Shown: piece after piece, positions 47,901-62,510 of the stretch
How positions within the stretch are numbered: the first letter of the stretch is position 1
Layout of the letters: each line of letters begins with the position of its first letter
DNA from: Vicinamibacterales bacterium
Lineage (GTDB): Bacteria; Acidobacteriota; Vicinamibacteria; Vicinamibacterales; SCN-69-37
Reading direction: 5' to 3'
NCBI GenBank assembly: GCA_039925145.1
Contig: JBDSZL010000004.1
Span: 65,821 to 129,820, forward strand
Length of the DNA stretch: 64,000 nt
Program-made: the position numbers and the translations under genes
Notes under the pieces: generated by a model
What the model saw: only the letters and a program-made list of their open reading frames with translations
Databases searched by the model: none
What the model was told of the DNA's origin: nothing

Positions 47901-48629
47901 GTGAAGCTGTCGGTCATCATCCCGGCCTACAACGAACGACACACGATCGCGGCCATCGTGAAGGCCGTTCTTGCCGTGCCGCTCGTAGACATCGACAAGG
48001 AGCTGCTGATCATCGACGATGGCTCAACCGACGGGACGCGCGAGGTGCTGACGTCGCTCGACGGTCAAAACGGCATCCGCGTCCTGCTGCAGCCGGTCAA
48101 CAGAGGAAAGGGCGCGGCCGTGGCCTGGGGCATGCGGGAGGCGACCGGCGACGTGTTCCTGATTCAGGACGCCGACCTGGAGTACGACCCGGCCGAGTAT
48201 CCAAAGCTGCTCGGGCCGATTCTCGAAGGACGCGCCGACGTGGTCTACGGATCGCGATTCCTCGGCACCGATCGCGGACATCGCGTGCTCTACTTCTGGC
48301 ATTCGGTCGGTAACGGGTTGCTCACGCTCGTGTGCAACGCGTTCACGGATCTCAATCTCACCGACATGGAGACCTGTTACAAGGTCATTACACGCGAGTT
48401 CGCGGTTCGGCTCGATCTCCGGTCGCAACGCTTTGGCGTGGAACCCGAAATCACCTGCAAGGTGAGCCGACTCGGCGCGCGCATCTACGAGGTGCCGATC
48501 TCGTACGACGGCCGGACATATGCGGAAGGCAAGAAAATCGGCTTCAAAGATGGCATCGCGGCGTTCTGGACCATCCTGAGATATTGGCGCTGGCGTCCGG
48601 CGGCGCCGCACGCACGTTCAGTCGCGTAG
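47901..48629 (+). CDS. Family-2 glycosyltransferase (polyprenol-phosphate sugar transferase-like)
   Basis: VKLSVIIPAYNERHTI, DDGSTDGT, IQDADLEYDP (DxD). Confidence 0.85.
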   Translation: MKLSVIIPAYNERHTIAAIVKAVLAVPLVDIDKELLIIDDGSTDGTREVLTSLDGQNGIRVLLQPVNRGKGAAVAWGMREATGDVFLIQDADLEYDPAEYPKLLGPILEGRADVVYGSRFLGTDRGHRVLYFWHSVGNGLLTLVCNAFTDLNLTDMETCYKVITREFAVRLDLRSQRFGVEPEITCKVSRLGARIYEVPISYDGRTYAEGKKIGFKDGIAAFWTILRYWRWRPAAPHARSVA

Positions 48630-48648
48630 GCCCGCAGGCCCCCTCGCC

Positions 48649-49201
48649 TTACCCCTGCCCAGCCACAGCCACCATGGCCGGCCGAAGCACATCGTCGCCG
48701 ATCAGATAGCCGGGTTTCACCACGCCGACAATCTGCCCTTCGGGCACGTCAGGCCCGGCGTCCACCGTTGTCACGGCCTCGTGCCGGGTCGGATCGAACG
48801 GGTCGCCGAGCGGGTTCACGCGTGACACGCCGAGTGCTTCGAGCGTGCTGAGAAATTGCTGCTGCACGAGCGAGACCCCCTGCACCAGCGGATCCTGCGG
48901 CCTGTCGCAGGCGGCCACCAGCGCCCGATCCAGGTTGTCGAGCACGTCGAGAAACGAGACGAGCAGCGCGCGGCGGCCCCGTTCCACGTCCTTCGTGACT
49001 TCCTTCCGCAGCCGCGACCGCGCCTGGTCGAACTCGTCGGAGGCGCCCCGGTACTTGCCGAGCAGCTGCTGCAGTTCGAGATCCTTGGCGGCCAGTCGCG
49101 CTTCGAGCTCCTCGATGTACGTCGGTTTGAGCGATGGTTCCTCGGGGCTGGACTCGGATGCCTGCTCACGTGCCCACCAACGTCGATCGGTGACTTTCAT
49201 C

Positions 49202-49209
<8 letters not shown>
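48649..49209 (-). CDS. grpE: Nucleotide exchange factor GrpE
   Basis: Coiled-coil N-terminal part, then RRALLVSFLDVLDNLDRAL...LQQQFLSTLEALGVSRVNPLGDPFDPTRHEAV...GYLIGDDVLRPAMVAV. ATG 49209 overlaps the clpA stop by 8 nt (alternative ATG at 49200). Confidence 0.9.
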
Positions 49210-51580
<2,371 letters not shown>

Positions 51581-51665
51581 GGCTTGATCCGATTATAGGG
51601 CGTCGGCCCGGACCGCGTGTTCGATCGAGCGCACACCCTGGGCATGCGCCCATACGTGTGGCGGG

Positions 51666-51971
51666 TCACGCCTCTTCGGTGACCGCCTTCAGGGGGAATC
51701 CGGCCTCGCGCGCTAGGCCGATCACAGCCTCCGCCTTGGTCTCCGCCACTTCCCAGGGATAGATTCCGGCGATGCCGCGGCCGTTCACGTGCACGTGCAT
51801 CATGATCTGGTAGGCCTCGGCGGGCGACTTCTGGAAGATGGACTCGAGGACCTGAATGACGAACTCCATCGTGGTGTAGTCGTCGTTGAGCAGGACGACC
51901 TTGTAGAGCGTTGGCTCCTGCTTCTCGGTCTTGACCCGTTCCTTGACGGCGTCGCCGGTCTTCTGCGTCAT
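51666..51971 (-). CDS. clpS: ClpS adaptor protein (N-degron recognition)
   Basis: LYKVVLLNDDYTTMEFVIQVLESIFQKSPAEAYQIMMHVHVNGRGIAG. The ATG overlaps the upstream stop (ATGA 51968-51971). Confidence 0.95.
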   Translation of the reverse strand: MTQKTGDAVKERVKTEKQEPTLYKVVLLNDDYTTMEFVIQVLESIFQKSPAEAYQIMMHVHVNGRGIAGIYPWEVAETKAEAVIGLAREAGFPLKAVTEEA

Positions 51972-54757
51972 TTGGCGGTCTGCATCCGCTGCAGCACGTC
52001 CTGCAGCTTCCGCATCTCGTCTCCATAGGTGGACCAGTCGCCCGCGCGGATGGCCTTCTGTGCGTTGTCGTAGTGCGTGCTGGCGTCGGTCGCAAGCGAC
52101 TTCAGCGTCTCGTCAGCCGCGGGCGTCTCCGTCGTGCCTGCGACAGGTGCCATGACCGGCGATGTCTGCACGATTGAAGTGGCGTCACTGGCCAGCTGGT
52201 CTGGTGCCAGGGCGGCCGCGATGCTGCGGCCGAAAATTTCGACCAGCGCCTGCGTGAGGGTGTCGGCCATCACGATGCGGCTCTGATAGGCGACGATGAC
52301 CCGCTTGAGCTCGGGAATGCCGCGTTCCGACGAACGCAGGTAGAGCGGCCTGACGTAGATCAGCGACTCTTTGATCGGGATGACGAGCAGTTCTCCCCAG
52401 CGAACTTCCGACCCCTGCTGGTTCCAGAGCGTGATCTGCGGAGAGATCTGCTGGTCCTGATTGATGCGCCCCTGGATCTGCCTGGGCCCATACACAATCT
52501 TCCGTTTCGGAAACTGAAAGACGAGCAGATGGCCGTACCGGTCGCCGTCACTGCGAGCCACCATCCACGCCGAGAGGTTGTCCTTTGCTCGCGGCGTGAA
52601 CGGCAGCATCTGGATGAACTCGGCGTGCTTCTCTCCCGGCAGCCGCATGATCGTGTAGTACGGCTGCGTCTGCACCGTGTTCTGGCCGGCCTCGAGCACC
52701 GGCACCTGCCACTGGTCTTCCTTGTTATAGAAGACCGTCGAATTCGTCATGTGGTACACGGCGAAGATCTGCGTCTGAATCTTGAAGATGTCTTCCGGGT
52801 AGCGCACGTGCCGCCGCAGATCCTCGGGCATCTCGCTCAAGGGATGCAGCATGCCCGGAAAGATCTTCTGCACCGTCCGGATCAACGGGTCGTCTGGCTC
52901 CGCCAGGTAGAAGGACACGCTGCCGTTGTAGGCGTCGGTGACCATCTTGACCGAGTTCCGGATGTAGTTGATGTCCCCGAACTGCCTCGAGGAACTGGGC
53001 GTGGAATACGGGTAGTTGCCCGTGGTGGTGTAGGCGTCCTGCAGCCAGAACAGCCGGCCGTTGCTGATGACGGGGTACGGATCCTGGTCGAATGTCAGGA
53101 ACGGTGCGAGGAGCTGCGCGCGATCGACAATCTGCCGGTGGAACATGATGCGGCTGTTCGCGTTCAGCTGGTTCGTCAGCAGGATATCGGTGCTGCCGAA
53201 GCGGATTGCGAACAGCAGCCGCCTGAAGAACGACCCGACGGGGACACCGCCCGTTCCCGTGTAGAACGTCGTCTCGTTGTCTTCGCCCTTTGGATAGTGG
53301 AACTCCGGCTGCTTGGTCTTCACCAGCACGTAGCTGTTCGACAGCTCGCCGTAGTAGATGCTCGGTTGCTCGAGCTTGAGGCTCACCGTCGACACCGGCG
53401 GCAAATCCCTGATGAAGAGGACCGGCAGACCCTCGGTGGTGACCTGGTTCACGGGGCCGAGCGTGAGGCCGTATCCGTGCGTGAATGTCAGCCGCTCGTT
53501 GACCCACGAGTGCGTCGGCATGCTCTCGGTGTTGAGCTCGCGTGCCGAGAGCATCACCTGGCGGTACTTCCCGTCGATCATGTACCGGTCGTTGTCGATG
53601 GACCTGAAGTCGTAATAGGTCCGGATTTCCTGTATCTGGGCGAACGTCTGCAGCAGCGGCTGGTGATCCCAGAGCCGCACGTTCTCGATGGTCTCGGCGT
53701 TGGCGATCAGATCCTGCGGCGTGAGCTCGGCATCGCCAGACAGCTCACGCTCCTCCACTCGATCGAGCGCGTACGCGCGCCGCGTCATGGCGATGTTGTA
53801 GCCGATGTAGGGCCGCTCCTTGTTCTGCTCGTCGGGCGTCACCACCAGGCGTTGCACGAAACCCGCGTAGATGCCGCCCGTGGCCGCAACCGCCAGGTAG
53901 AGCGCAATAGCGAGCGGGATGGGCCATCCCCGCCGGCCGAACCCGTGCCAGATCGACAGCGCGGCGCCAATGAGGAGCACGCCGAACGTCGCCCAGATGA
54001 ACGGGATCTGCGCGTAAACGTCGCTGTACGACGCGCCGAATGCGACGCTGGCGGGCGTGGGCGTGAGCAGGGTGGTCGGCACCTCCAGCCACGCGCCCCA
54101 CGCCATGAGGCCGAGCACGAGCGCCGTCAGAAGCGAAAGATGGCGCCGCGCGATCGAGACCAGACGGATGCGCGGCCATGGCGAGAGCGCAGGCTTGGCT
54201 TCGATGACGAAGCTGCCAGAGAACACGTAGTACACCCCGCAACCCACCATGGCGATCAGGGCCACGAGCAACGCCTGCTGCCGCACGAGCTGGTAGACGG
54301 GAAGTCTGAAGACGTAGAACGACACATCGCGGCCGAAGAGCGGATCGGACGTGCCGAACGATGTGGTGTTGAAGAAACTCAGCCAGGCGAGCCAGTCGGA
54401 CGCGCCAGCCAGCCCGACGAGCAGCGCACCGACGAGCGCGATAGGCATGGCCAGGCCCGCCAGTTGCCGTCCCTCGAGCGAGAGCGGACGGCCGTCACTC
54501 CCGGTGCCAAGTACCACGCGAGGGTGGTCGGCCGTGCGGCCCCGCGCAAGACGCAGATTGAAGAACAGGAACAGATAAACGACCGTAAACGTGGCGGCAA
54601 ACACCGTCGTCTGCGCATTGAGCGTCCGCAGGAACATGCTCTCGTAGCCAATTTCGCGAAACCACAGCCAGTCGGTGTAGTACGCCACCGAAGAGGGGAC
54701 GACGAACAGCAGGATGACGGCGAGCAGGATGAGGCCGGGTAGGCCACGCAGCCGCAT
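51968..54757 (-). CDS. UPF0182-family large integral membrane protein (function unknown)
   Basis: 929 aa. N-terminus [31 protein letters not shown] plus about 7 TM helices, followed by a large extracytoplasmic domain. This is characteristic of UPF0182/COG1615. Confidence 0.85.
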   Translation of the reverse strand: MRLRGLPGLILLAVILLFVVPSSVAYYTDWLWFREIGYESMFLRTLNAQTTVFAATFTVVYLFLFFNLRLARGRTADHPRVVLGTGSDGRPLSLEGRQLAGLAMPIALVGALLVGLAGASDWLAWLSFFNTTSFGTSDPLFGRDVSFYVFRLPVYQLVRQQALLVALIAMVGCGVYYVFSGSFVIEAKPALSPWPRIRLVSIARRHLSLLTALVLGLMAWGAWLEVPTTLLTPTPASVAFGASYSDVYAQIPFIWATFGVLLIGAALSIWHGFGRRGWPIPLAIALYLAVAATGGIYAGFVQRLVVTPDEQNKERPYIGYNIAMTRRAYALDRVEERELSGDAELTPQDLIANAETIENVRLWDHQPLLQTFAQIQEIRTYYDFRSIDNDRYMIDGKYRQVMLSARELNTESMPTHSWVNERLTFTHGYGLTLGPVNQVTTEGLPVLFIRDLPPVSTVSLKLEQPSIYYGELSNSYVLVKTKQPEFHYPKGEDNETTFYTGTGGVPVGSFFRRLLFAIRFGSTDILLTNQLNANSRIMFHRQIVDRAQLLAPFLTFDQDPYPVISNGRLFWLQDAYTTTGNYPYSTPSSSRQFGDINYIRNSVKMVTDAYNGSVSFYLAEPDDPLIRTVQKIFPGMLHPLSEMPEDLRRHVRYPEDIFKIQTQIFAVYHMTNSTVFYNKEDQWQVPVLEAGQNTVQTQPYYTIMRLPGEKHAEFIQMLPFTPRAKDNLSAWMVARSDGDRYGHLLVFQFPKRKIVYGPRQIQGRINQDQQISPQITLWNQQGSEVRWGELLVIPIKESLIYVRPLYLRSSERGIPELKRVIVAYQSRIVMADTLTQALVEIFGRSIAAALAPDQLASDATSIVQTSPVMAPVAGTTETPAADETLKSLATDASTHYDNAQKAIRAGDWSTYGDEMRKLQDVLQRMQTAK

Positions 54758-55220
54758 TCAGAAGGCCCTCTGGGCAGAACGACGCGGAGCAGACAACAGT
54801 CAAGACCTTATCACGCAGCCCCCGCGCCGAACCTTGGGCGGCACACCGCGATCTACGGTTGCCGTGCGCGTGTTCCCCCACGCCGGCCGGTGTCTTGCTT
54901 ACAGGTATGCCAGGACGGTTGGTCCGTCGTAACAACTCCTGCCCGTCAAAATGTCGATCCTCCCTGGGTCAGGCCGGGCCGTGGTTTCACGCAGGGGTCC
55001 AGCGAAACGCTCTACAAGGCGGGCGACAAGTCGTTCGAAGCCGATTATCGCGCGCTGATGAAGGACCCCGATCCCGACGTGACCATTCAGGCAATGTTGA
55101 CAGCCAACACCATGAAGGTTCCTGGGGCGCTCACGGCAATCAAGGATGTCGCCGTCGCGAGCGCATCCAGCGCGTGCGCATCTATTAGGTGCCGCCCGCG
55201 CGCGCGGCCGCGGCGCCACG

Positions 55221-55997
55221 CTAGGGCTTTGTCGGCGCTTTGAATCGCGCGGCCAGTTGCTCGGCGCCGCGCGCCAGAATCCCCATATCCGATCCGACCG
55301 CGGTGAACAGGCACCCAAGCTCGATGTAGCGCCGCGCGAGCGTCTCGTCGCCCGTGAGGATGCCAGCGATACTGCCGCAGGCCGTGATGCGCGCGATCGC
55401 GTCCTCGATGATCGCTCGCACCTCCGGATGCCCCTGCTGACCGAGGTATCCGAGATCGGCCGACAGATCGCCGGGGCCGATGAAGACGCCGTCGACGCCC
55501 TCCACCGCGGCAATCTCCTCGAGGTTGCCGAGCGCCTCGCGCGTCTCCACCTGCACCAGCACGCAGATTTCCTCCTCCGCACGCGTGTGGTAATCCTTCA
55601 CCCGACCGAATCGAGAAGCCCGCGTGGCGACCGCGAACCCGCGAACTCCGCGTGGCGGATATCGCGTCGCGGCGACGGCCTGGCGCGCTTCGTCGGCCGT
55701 CTGGACGTAGGGGACGAGCAATGTCTGCACGCCGATATCGAGAAACCGTTTGATGAGCACCGTGTCGTTCCACACGGGACGGACGACAGGATGGGTCGGT
55801 CCGGCGGCGATCGCCTGAAGTTGGCCGAGCACCGCAGGCACGTCGTTTGGGCCGTGCTCGGCGTCGATGACGAGCCAGTCGAAACCAGCGCCCCCGACGA
55901 CCTCTGCTGAGATGTTGCTGGCCAGGCTCGACCACACCCCAATCTGAAGGTGACCGGCTTTGAGCGCGCGTTTGAACGTGTTGATCGGTAGCTCCAT
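55221..55997 (-). CDS. garL: HpcH/HpaI-family aldolase, most likely 5-dehydro-4-deoxy-D-glucarate aldolase
   Basis: Start [25 protein letters not shown] at 55997. Strongly collinear with E. coli GarL as I recall it ([44 protein letters not shown]). The assignment is supported by the neighbouring gudD and gudP. Confidence 0.75.
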   Translation of the reverse strand: MELPINTFKRALKAGHLQIGVWSSLASNISAEVVGGAGFDWLVIDAEHGPNDVPAVLGQLQAIAAGPTHPVVRPVWNDTVLIKRFLDIGVQTLLVPYVQTADEARQAVAATRYPPRGVRGFAVATRASRFGRVKDYHTRAEEEICVLVQVETREALGNLEEIAAVEGVDGVFIGPGDLSADLGYLGQQGHPEVRAIIEDAIARITACGSIAGILTGDETLARRYIELGCLFTAVGSDMGILARGAEQLAARFKAPTKP

Positions 55998-56125
55998 GGG
56001 TACGTCGCGCAAGTCTACTCGGTTCAGATGGCGGCACGAGCTCCGCGCGACGGCCCTTTGGTCGGCCGGGATTGCCCGAGCCAGCGGGCCGCCGGTGCAT
56101 AATCGGCTCACCGACAGGAGGCTTC

Positions 56126-57250
56126 ATGAATCGACGCGACTTCGTACGGCTCGCGGGTGCTGGCATGTCCGTGGGGGCACTGGCGGAGACGGTCGTCTCC
56201 GCTCAGATCACCCGCTCGCCGGCGCGGCCGGCCACCGCCGGTAAAGCGGCTCCGAAGGCATTGATGAAGCTGGGCACGCAGCAGGGCGACGCCGAGGAGA
56301 TGCTGCGGGCCTTCGCCGCTTTCGGCGTGAACAACATCTGCGGCAGCCTGCCATCCGCCAAGATGGACGACACCTGGTCCGTGGATGCGCTTTCGAAGCG
56401 GCGCGAGCGTGTGATGGCACACGGCATCTCGCTCGACATGCTGCCGCTGCCGATGAGCTCGTCCGAGATCGCCAGGGCCGAGATGCCGGCCATCTACCTC
56501 GGACAAAACCCCGACCGCGACCGCAACATCGACGACATCTGCCAGATGCTGCGCAATTGCGCCCGCGCGGGCATCGGTCAGGTGAAATACAACTTCACGT
56601 TGCTCGGTGTGGTCCGCACCGGTACAGCGCCGGGCCGGGGGACGGCACGCTACAGCGAGTTCGTCTACGCTGGCGCCAAGCAGGATCCTCCGCTCACCCT
56701 GGCTGGCAAGCTCGACGCCGACACCTACTGGGAACGCATCACGTATTTTCTCGAGCGGGTGATTCCGGTCGCCGAAGAATACAAGGTCAAGATGGGATGC
56801 CACCCCCAGGATCCCGGCTTGCCGAAAGGATCCGGCTGGCGCGGCGTTGATGCCGTCCTGTCGTCGCCCGACGGGCTGAAGAAGTTCGTGTCGATCAAGG
56901 AGAGTCCGTACCACGGGCTGAACTTCTGCCAGGGCACGGTCTCGGAGCAACTCGAGAAACCGGGCGAGCAGATCTACGACGTGATTCGGTACTTCGGTTC
57001 CCGCAAGAAGATCTTCAGCGTGCACTTTCGCAATGTCGAAGGCGGACTCCTCAATTTCCGAGAGACCTTCGTCGACAATGGCAGCGTGGATATGCTCGAG
57101 GCCATGCGCGTGTACAAGGAAGTTGGCTACGACGGGATGATGATGCCCGACCACGTGCCGCAGATTCCTGGTGTGGACAGCATGACGGGGTTCGTCTTTG
57201 CGTTCGGATACATCAAGGCTCTCATCGCCGCCGTGTCGGCGGAGGCCTGA
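56126..57250 (+). CDS. UxuA-like (mannonate dehydratase family, xylose-isomerase-like TIM barrel) enzyme with a twin-arginine signal peptide
   Basis: GGAGG (56117-56121) sits before the [30 protein letters not shown] is a TAT motif plus h-region. UxuA-like motifs are [20 protein letters not shown], and MMPDHVP. Confidence 0.7.
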   Translation: MNRRDFVRLAGAGMSVGALAETVVSAQITRSPARPATAGKAAPKALMKLGTQQGDAEEMLRAFAAFGVNNICGSLPSAKMDDTWSVDALSKRRERVMAHGISLDMLPLPMSSSEIARAEMPAIYLGQNPDRDRNIDDICQMLRNCARAGIGQVKYNFTLLGVVRTGTAPGRGTARYSEFVYAGAKQDPPLTLAGKLDADTYWERITYFLERVIPVAEEYKVKMGCHPQDPGLPKGSGWRGVDAVLSSPDGLKKFVSIKESPYHGLNFCQGTVSEQLEKPGEQIYDVIRYFGSRKKIFSVHFRNVEGGLLNFRETFVDNGSVDMLEAMRVYKEVGYDGMMMPDHVPQIPGVDSMTGFVFAFGYIKALIAAVSAEA

Positions 57251-57255
57251 GCTGG

Positions 57256-58599
57256 ATGGCTGCTCCAGGCGTGCCCGTCTCGTCCCGTCCCGCAACCAGC
57301 CATGCGCGACACATCGCGCTCCTGATGCTGTTCATCGTGTCGGCCGTCAATTACGCTGACCGCGCCACGTTGTCGATCGCCGGCAGCGAGGTCTCGAAAC
57401 AGCTGGGCCTCAGCAAGGTGATGATGGGCTACGCGTTCTCCGCGTTCGGCTGGGCTTACGTGATTGGCCAGATCCCCGGTGGCTGGCTGCTCGATCGGTT
57501 TGGATCGAAGCGCGTCTACGCGAGCAGCATCATCGCGTGGTCGTTTTTCACGTTTCTGCAGGGATTCGTCGGATACTTTCAGGCGGCCACTGCGGTGGTC
57601 GTGCTGTTCGCCCTCCGGTTCCTGCTGGGCCTGGCCGAGGCTCCCTCCTTCCCAGGTAACGGGCGTATTGTCGCTGCCTGGTTCCCGACGTCGGAGCGCG
57701 GAACCGCGTCGGCCATTTTCAACTCAGCGCAGTACTTCGCCACCGCCATGTTTGCCCCGTTGACCGGCTGGATCACGTACCGGTACGGCTGGCCGTACGT
57801 GTTCTTCGTCATGGGGGCGATTGGCGTGGTCATCACCCTCGTGTGGCTAAAGACAATCTACAGCCCGCGTGAACATCCGCGCATCAGTGCCGCCGAGCTC
57901 GACCACATCGAGCGTGGTGGCGGCCTGGTCGACATGGATCGTGACGCCAAAGCGCGCCTGGCCGCACCCGGCCCGAAGCCGTCCTACGTCGGACAGTTGC
58001 TCGGTAATCGGATGCTGCTGGGCGTGTACGTCGGCCAGTACTGCATCACGACGATCACCTATTTCTTTCTCACCTGGTTTCCGGTTTATCTCGTCGAGCA
58101 ACGAGGCATGTCGATTCTGAAAGCGGGCGTGGCGGCCTCTCTCCCTGCCATCTGCGGCTTCCTTGGCGGAGTGCTGGGCGGCTTGATTTCCGATCGGCTG
58201 CTGAAGATGGGGTACTCGCTCACGGCCGCCCGCAAGATTCCGATCGTCACCGGGATGCTGCTGTCGACGTCGATGGTGCTCTGCAACTACGTCGACGCCG
58301 GCTCCGTCGTGGTAGCGATCATGGCCCTCGCGTTCTTCGGCAAGGGTGTGGGATCGCTCGGCTGGGCGGTCGTCGCCGACACCTCGCCGAAACAGATCGC
58401 GGGTCTGAGCGGCGGCCTGTTCAACACGTTTGGCAACACGGCGGCCATCACCACACCCATCGTCATCGGCTACATCGTCCAGTGGACGCACTCATTCAAC
58501 GGCGCGCTCGTGTTCGTGGCCGCCAACGCCCTGGTCGCCATCGTCTCCTACTTGTTCGTCGTCGGCGAGATCAAACGCGTGGAGCTCAGGACGGCATGA
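57256..58599 (+). CDS. gudP: MFS transporter of the D-glucarate/D-galactarate permease type
   Basis: Long collinear similarity to E. coli GudP/GarP as I recall them ([57 protein letters not shown]). Confidence 0.85.
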   Translation: MAAPGVPVSSRPATSHARHIALLMLFIVSAVNYADRATLSIAGSEVSKQLGLSKVMMGYAFSAFGWAYVIGQIPGGWLLDRFGSKRVYASSIIAWSFFTFLQGFVGYFQAATAVVVLFALRFLLGLAEAPSFPGNGRIVAAWFPTSERGTASAIFNSAQYFATAMFAPLTGWITYRYGWPYVFFVMGAIGVVITLVWLKTIYSPREHPRISAAELDHIERGGGLVDMDRDAKARLAAPGPKPSYVGQLLGNRMLLGVYVGQYCITTITYFFLTWFPVYLVEQRGMSILKAGVAASLPAICGFLGGVLGGLISDRLLKMGYSLTAARKIPIVTGMLLSTSMVLCNYVDAGSVVVAIMALAFFGKGVGSLGWAVVADTSPKQIAGLSGGLFNTFGNTAAITTPIVIGYIVQWTHSFNGALVFVAANALVAIVSYLFVVGEIKRVELRTA

Positions 58600-59942
58600 C
58601 GAAGGTGGCGCGGGCTCCGGTGGTCACGGGCATGGACGTGATTCCCGTTGCCGGGCACGACAGCATGCTCCTCAACCTCAGCGGCGCCCATGGGCCGTTC
58701 TTCACGCGAAACCTCGTGGTCCTGCGCGACTCGGAGAACCACGTTGGAGTGGGTGAGGTGCCGGGAGGCGAGCGGATCCGCTCGACGCTCGTGGACGCCG
58801 CGCCACTCGTGGTCGGGAAGACTATCGGGACACATACTGAAGTGCTGAGTCAGGTCCGGCAGCAGTTCGGTGCGCTCGACACGGGAGGCCGAGGCAACCA
58901 GACTTTCGATCTCCGCACGACCATTCATGCCGTCACCGCAATCGAGGCGGCGCTGCTCGATCTGCTGGGCCAGTTTCTCGGGGTGCCTGTGGCGTCGCTG
59001 CTGGGCGAGGGGCAGCAGCGCGCAAGTGTCGAGGTGCTCGGGTATCTCTTTTACATCGGCGATCGCACCAGGACCGACCTGCCGTACGAGCCGCCGCCTG
59101 AGGCCACCTCGGCTGATGATGCATGGTTCCGGGTGCGTCGGGAACAGGCCCTGACCGCGGATGCGATCGTGAAACTCGCAGAAGCCGCCCAGGCGCGCTA
59201 CGGGTTCAGGCATTTCAAGCTCAAGGGCGGTGTGCTCTCAGGTCACGAAGAAATAGAGGCTGTCACCGCCTTGGCCTCCCGCTTTCCCGGCGCGCGCATC
59301 TCGCTCGATCCCAATGGCGCCTGGTCGCTGCACGAGGCCATCGGACTCTGCCGCAATCGGCACGATGTGCTCGCTTACGCTGAAGATCCGTGCGGAGCCG
59401 AGGACGGGTACTCGGGGCGCGAGGTGATGGCGGAGTTCAAACGCGCGACAGGCCTGCGGACCGCCACCAACATGGTCGCCACCGATTGGCGGCAGCTCGC
59501 GCACGCAGTGCAGTTGGGTGCCGTCGACATCCCGCTGGCCGATCCGCATTTCTGGACCATGGAGGGATCGGTGCGCGTATCGCAGACCTGCCGGGAGGCT
59601 GGACTGACGTGGGGCTCGCACTCCAATAATCACTTCGACATCTCGCTGGCCATGTTCACGCATGTCGCCGCCGCGGCGGTCGGTGAGGTTACTGCCATCG
59701 ACACGCACTGGATCTGGCAGGACGGCGAGCGTCTCACGAAGCGTCCGCTCGAGATCTCGTGCGGCCAGATTGAGGTCCCGACGACCCCGGGTCTGGGAGT
59801 CGAGCTCGACATGCCGCGCGTGGAAGCCGCGCACCAGCTGTATTTGTCGATGGGCCTCGGCGCGCGTGATGACGCGACGGCGATGCAGTATTTGATGGCC
59901 GGGTGGGCGTTCAACCCGAAACGGCCCTGCCTCGTGCGCTGA
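58596..59942 (+). CDS. gudD: D-glucarate dehydratase (enolase superfamily)
   Basis: ATG overlaps the upstream stop (ATGA 58596-58599). [52 protein letters not shown] is near-identical in pattern to the E. coli GudD N-terminus. About 448 aa. Confidence 0.9.
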   Translation: MTKVARAPVVTGMDVIPVAGHDSMLLNLSGAHGPFFTRNLVVLRDSENHVGVGEVPGGERIRSTLVDAAPLVVGKTIGTHTEVLSQVRQQFGALDTGGRGNQTFDLRTTIHAVTAIEAALLDLLGQFLGVPVASLLGEGQQRASVEVLGYLFYIGDRTRTDLPYEPPPEATSADDAWFRVRREQALTADAIVKLAEAAQARYGFRHFKLKGGVLSGHEEIEAVTALASRFPGARISLDPNGAWSLHEAIGLCRNRHDVLAYAEDPCGAEDGYSGREVMAEFKRATGLRTATNMVATDWRQLAHAVQLGAVDIPLADPHFWTMEGSVRVSQTCREAGLTWGSHSNNHFDISLAMFTHVAAAAVGEVTAIDTHWIWQDGERLTKRPLEISCGQIEVPTTPGLGVELDMPRVEAAHQLYLSMGLGARDDATAMQYLMAGWAFNPKRPCLVR

Positions 59943-59982
59943 GCGACGCGAGGTGTGTGCGGCGCCCGCGATGCCGCCGACG

Positions 59983-61158
59983 CTATCGGGGGGCGGGCAC
60001 CAGCCGGGCCATCAGCACGCCCTTGATCGAGGCAATCTGCTGAACGAGGGTGTCGGACACCGGCGCGTCGAGGTCGACCACGGTGTAGGCCAGTTCGCCC
60101 TTCGACGAGTTCACCATGTCGTGAATGTTCAGGCCGGCCTGGCCGAAGGCCTCTGAAATCTGCCCCAGCATGTTCGGCACGTTCGCGTTGGCGCAGACGA
60201 ACCGGTGCGCCGTGCGGCGCGGCACGACGACCTCGGGGAAATTGACCGCGTTCTTGACGTTGCCATTCTCGAGGAAGTCGCGAACCTGGTCGGCGACCAT
60301 GATCGCGCAGTTGTCCTCGGCTTCGGCGGTTGACGCGCCGAGATGGGGCAACGTGACGCAGCGGCGATGGTTCTTGGTGAGGTTGGTGGGGAAGTCGCTG
60401 ATGTACCCGTGCACGTGACCGCTGTCGATGGCGTCGATCACCGCCTGGTCGTTGACAATCCCTTCGCGTGCGAAGTTCAGGATGACCACGCCCTTCTTCA
60501 TGCTCGCCAGACGGTCGGCATTGACGAGATTACGGGTCGCGTCCATGAGTGGCACGTGCACGGTGAGGAAGTCTGCGTCGCGGAAAATCTCGTCCATGGA
60601 CCGCGCGCGGCGGACTGACGACGACAGCTGCCACGCACCCTCGACCGTCAGGCCAGGGTCGATGCCGATCACGTCCATGCCCAGTGCCACGGCCGTGTTG
60701 GCCACGAGACGGCCGATGGCGCCCAGCCCGATCACCCCAAGCGTCCGGCCAGGCAGCTCGAAGCCAGCGAAGTTCTTCTTGCCGGCCTCGACGGCCTTGC
60801 TGAGCTCTTCGTCGGATCCTTCGAGATTGCGCGCGAAGTCCCAGGCCTCGCAGATCTGCCGGCACGCCAGGATCAGGCCGCCAATGACGAGCTCCTTCAC
60901 CGCGTTCGAGTTCGCGCCTGGCGCGTTGAACACCGGGATGCCCTTGGCGCTCATCTTCGCCACCGGGATGTTGTTGACGCCCGCACCTGCGCGGCCGACC
61001 GCCTTGAGCGTCTCGGGGATCTCGACTGCGTGCATGTTGGCAGACCGCACGAGGATGGCGTCTGGCTGCTTGGCGTCGTTCGCGATGGCGTAGTGATCGG
61101 CGGGTAGTCGCGACAGCCCGATCTTCGCGATGTTGTTGAGCGTCAGTACTTTGAACAC
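59983..61158 (-). CDS. serA: D-3-phosphoglycerate dehydrogenase with C-terminal ACT domain
   Basis: GTG start with GGGGAG upstream. NAD motif GVIGLGAIGRLVA, catalytic region of D-2-hydroxyacid dehydrogenases, and an ACT-like tail (NVPNMLGQISEAFGQAGLNIHDM). Confidence 0.85.
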   Translation of the reverse strand: MFKVLTLNNIAKIGLSRLPADHYAIANDAKQPDAILVRSANMHAVEIPETLKAVGRAGAGVNNIPVAKMSAKGIPVFNAPGANSNAVKELVIGGLILACRQICEAWDFARNLEGSDEELSKAVEAGKKNFAGFELPGRTLGVIGLGAIGRLVANTAVALGMDVIGIDPGLTVEGAWQLSSSVRRARSMDEIFRDADFLTVHVPLMDATRNLVNADRLASMKKGVVILNFAREGIVNDQAVIDAIDSGHVHGYISDFPTNLTKNHRRCVTLPHLGASTAEAEDNCAIMVADQVRDFLENGNVKNAVNFPEVVVPRRTAHRFVCANANVPNMLGQISEAFGQAGLNIHDMVNSSKGELAYTVVDLDAPVSDTLVQQIASIKGVLMARLVPAPR

Positions 61159-61183
61159 GAGATGATCTCCCCTTCGGCGGTCG

Positions 61184-62239
61184 CTACTTCTTGCCCGTTG
61201 GCGCCGCGGCGGCCGGGGCGCTGTGCGCGGTCTGATCGGGCGCGGTGATGGGATTGACGAACGGCATCATCGCGCGCAGCTTGGCGCCCACCTCTTCGAG
61301 GATCTGGCTGCGCTCGCCGACGCGGGTCGCGTTGAACCAGGGGCGGCCGGCTTCGTGCTCGGCGATCCATTTGCGGGCGAACTCGCCCTCCTGAATTTCC
61401 TTGAGCAGCTGGCGCATCGAGTTGCGGACCTCGTCGGTGACAATCCGGGGGCCGGCGGTGTAGTCGCCGTACTCGGCGGTGTCGCTCACCGAGTAGCGCA
61501 TGTAGTTCAGCCCGCCGCGGTACATCAGGTCGACGATCAGCTTGAGCTCGTGGAGACACTCGAAGTACGCGACCTCGGGCTGGTATCCCGCCTCCACGAG
61601 GATGTCGAAGCCAGCCTTGACGAGGGCGCTCGTGCCGCCACAGAGAATGGCCTGCTCGCCGAACAGGTCGGTCTCGGTCTCTTCGGTAAAGGTCGTCTCG
61701 ACGATTCCCGCGCGGCCCACGCCGATTGCGCTGCCATACGACAGGGCCAAGGCCTTCGCGTGTCCTGTGGCGTCCTGGTGCACCGCGATGAGTGCAGGCG
61801 TGCCGCCGCCCTCGACGTACAGCTCGCGCACCCGGTGCCCGGGCGATTTGGGCGCGATCATCGTGACGTCGATGTCGGGCGGGGGCGTGATCGTTCCAAA
61901 CCGGATGTTGAACCCGTGGGCGAGCATGAGCATCTTGCCCGCGGTGAGATGGGGCGCAATCGCTTCCTTGTAGAGCGATGCCGCTGTGGTGTCCGGCACG
62001 AGCACCATGATCACGTCTGCCCATGCCGAGGCGTCGGCTGGTGACATCACGGTGAGCCCTTCCTGCTCCGCGGCGGCGCGCGATCGGCTGCCCTCGTGCA
62101 GGCCCACGCGCACGTTGACGCCGCTGTCGCGCAGGTTGAGCGAGTGGGCGTGACCCTGCGAGCCGTAGCCCAGGACGGCCACCTTCTTTGCGCGGATCAG
62201 GGATAGGTCAGCATCGCGGTCGTAGTAAATCGTGGCCAT
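61184..62239 (-). CDS. ilvC: Ketol-acid reductoisomerase (class I)
   Basis: [40 protein letters not shown], plus the downstream KARI knotted-domain pattern. Confidence 0.95.
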   Translation of the reverse strand: MATIYYDRDADLSLIRAKKVAVLGYGSQGHAHSLNLRDSGVNVRVGLHEGSRSRAAAEQEGLTVMSPADASAWADVIMVLVPDTTAASLYKEAIAPHLTAGKMLMLAHGFNIRFGTITPPPDIDVTMIAPKSPGHRVRELYVEGGGTPALIAVHQDATGHAKALALSYGSAIGVGRAGIVETTFTEETETDLFGEQAILCGGTSALVKAGFDILVEAGYQPEVAYFECLHELKLIVDLMYRGGLNYMRYSVSDTAEYGDYTAGPRIVTDEVRNSMRQLLKEIQEGEFARKWIAEHEAGRPWFNATRVGERSQILEEVGAKLRAMMPFVNPITAPDQTAHSAPAAAAPTGKK

Positions 62240-62510
62240 GGACTCCTCGGGGCGGTCTAGAGAACCGAATACAAGCAGATGATTTTACATCGGAAGATGC
62301 CCTGCGCCTACCCGGCCCGGATGGCCGCAGATCCCGCGGTTCGGCTGAAGGGGCAGCCGAAGTGCAGACCGATTGACCAGCCACAATCAGTCGTGCTTGA
62401 ATCGGCCGACTCGCACATTGCGACGACATCCGTCGCCGGCGAGCCTCTGCGGTGTCGCGCGGAAGCGTGGACGCACAGAGCATTGTCGGCGCCGCCGGAG
62501 GGACATCGTC

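Noticed and set aside
54995-55170. Plus-strand fragment GSSETLYKAGDKSFEADYRALMKDPDPDVTIQAMLTANTMKVPGALTAIKDVAVASAS resembling HEAT-repeat tails of large haem-binding/dehydrogenase-type proteins. It could be a gene relic in the 463-bp spacer upstream of the UPF0182 gene.
   Set aside because: It is only about 58 aa, with no start codon, no RBS and no diagnostic motif. The similarity is impressionistic and cannot be tested without a database search.
62340-62361. Hairpin ttcggctg/aagggg/cagccgaa in the 270-bp divergent region between ilvC and the VOC gene, considered as an attenuator or leader structure for ilvC.
   Set aside because: It has only an 8-bp stem, no U-tract, no leader peptide rich in Ile/Leu/Val, and no alternative pairing that I can see.
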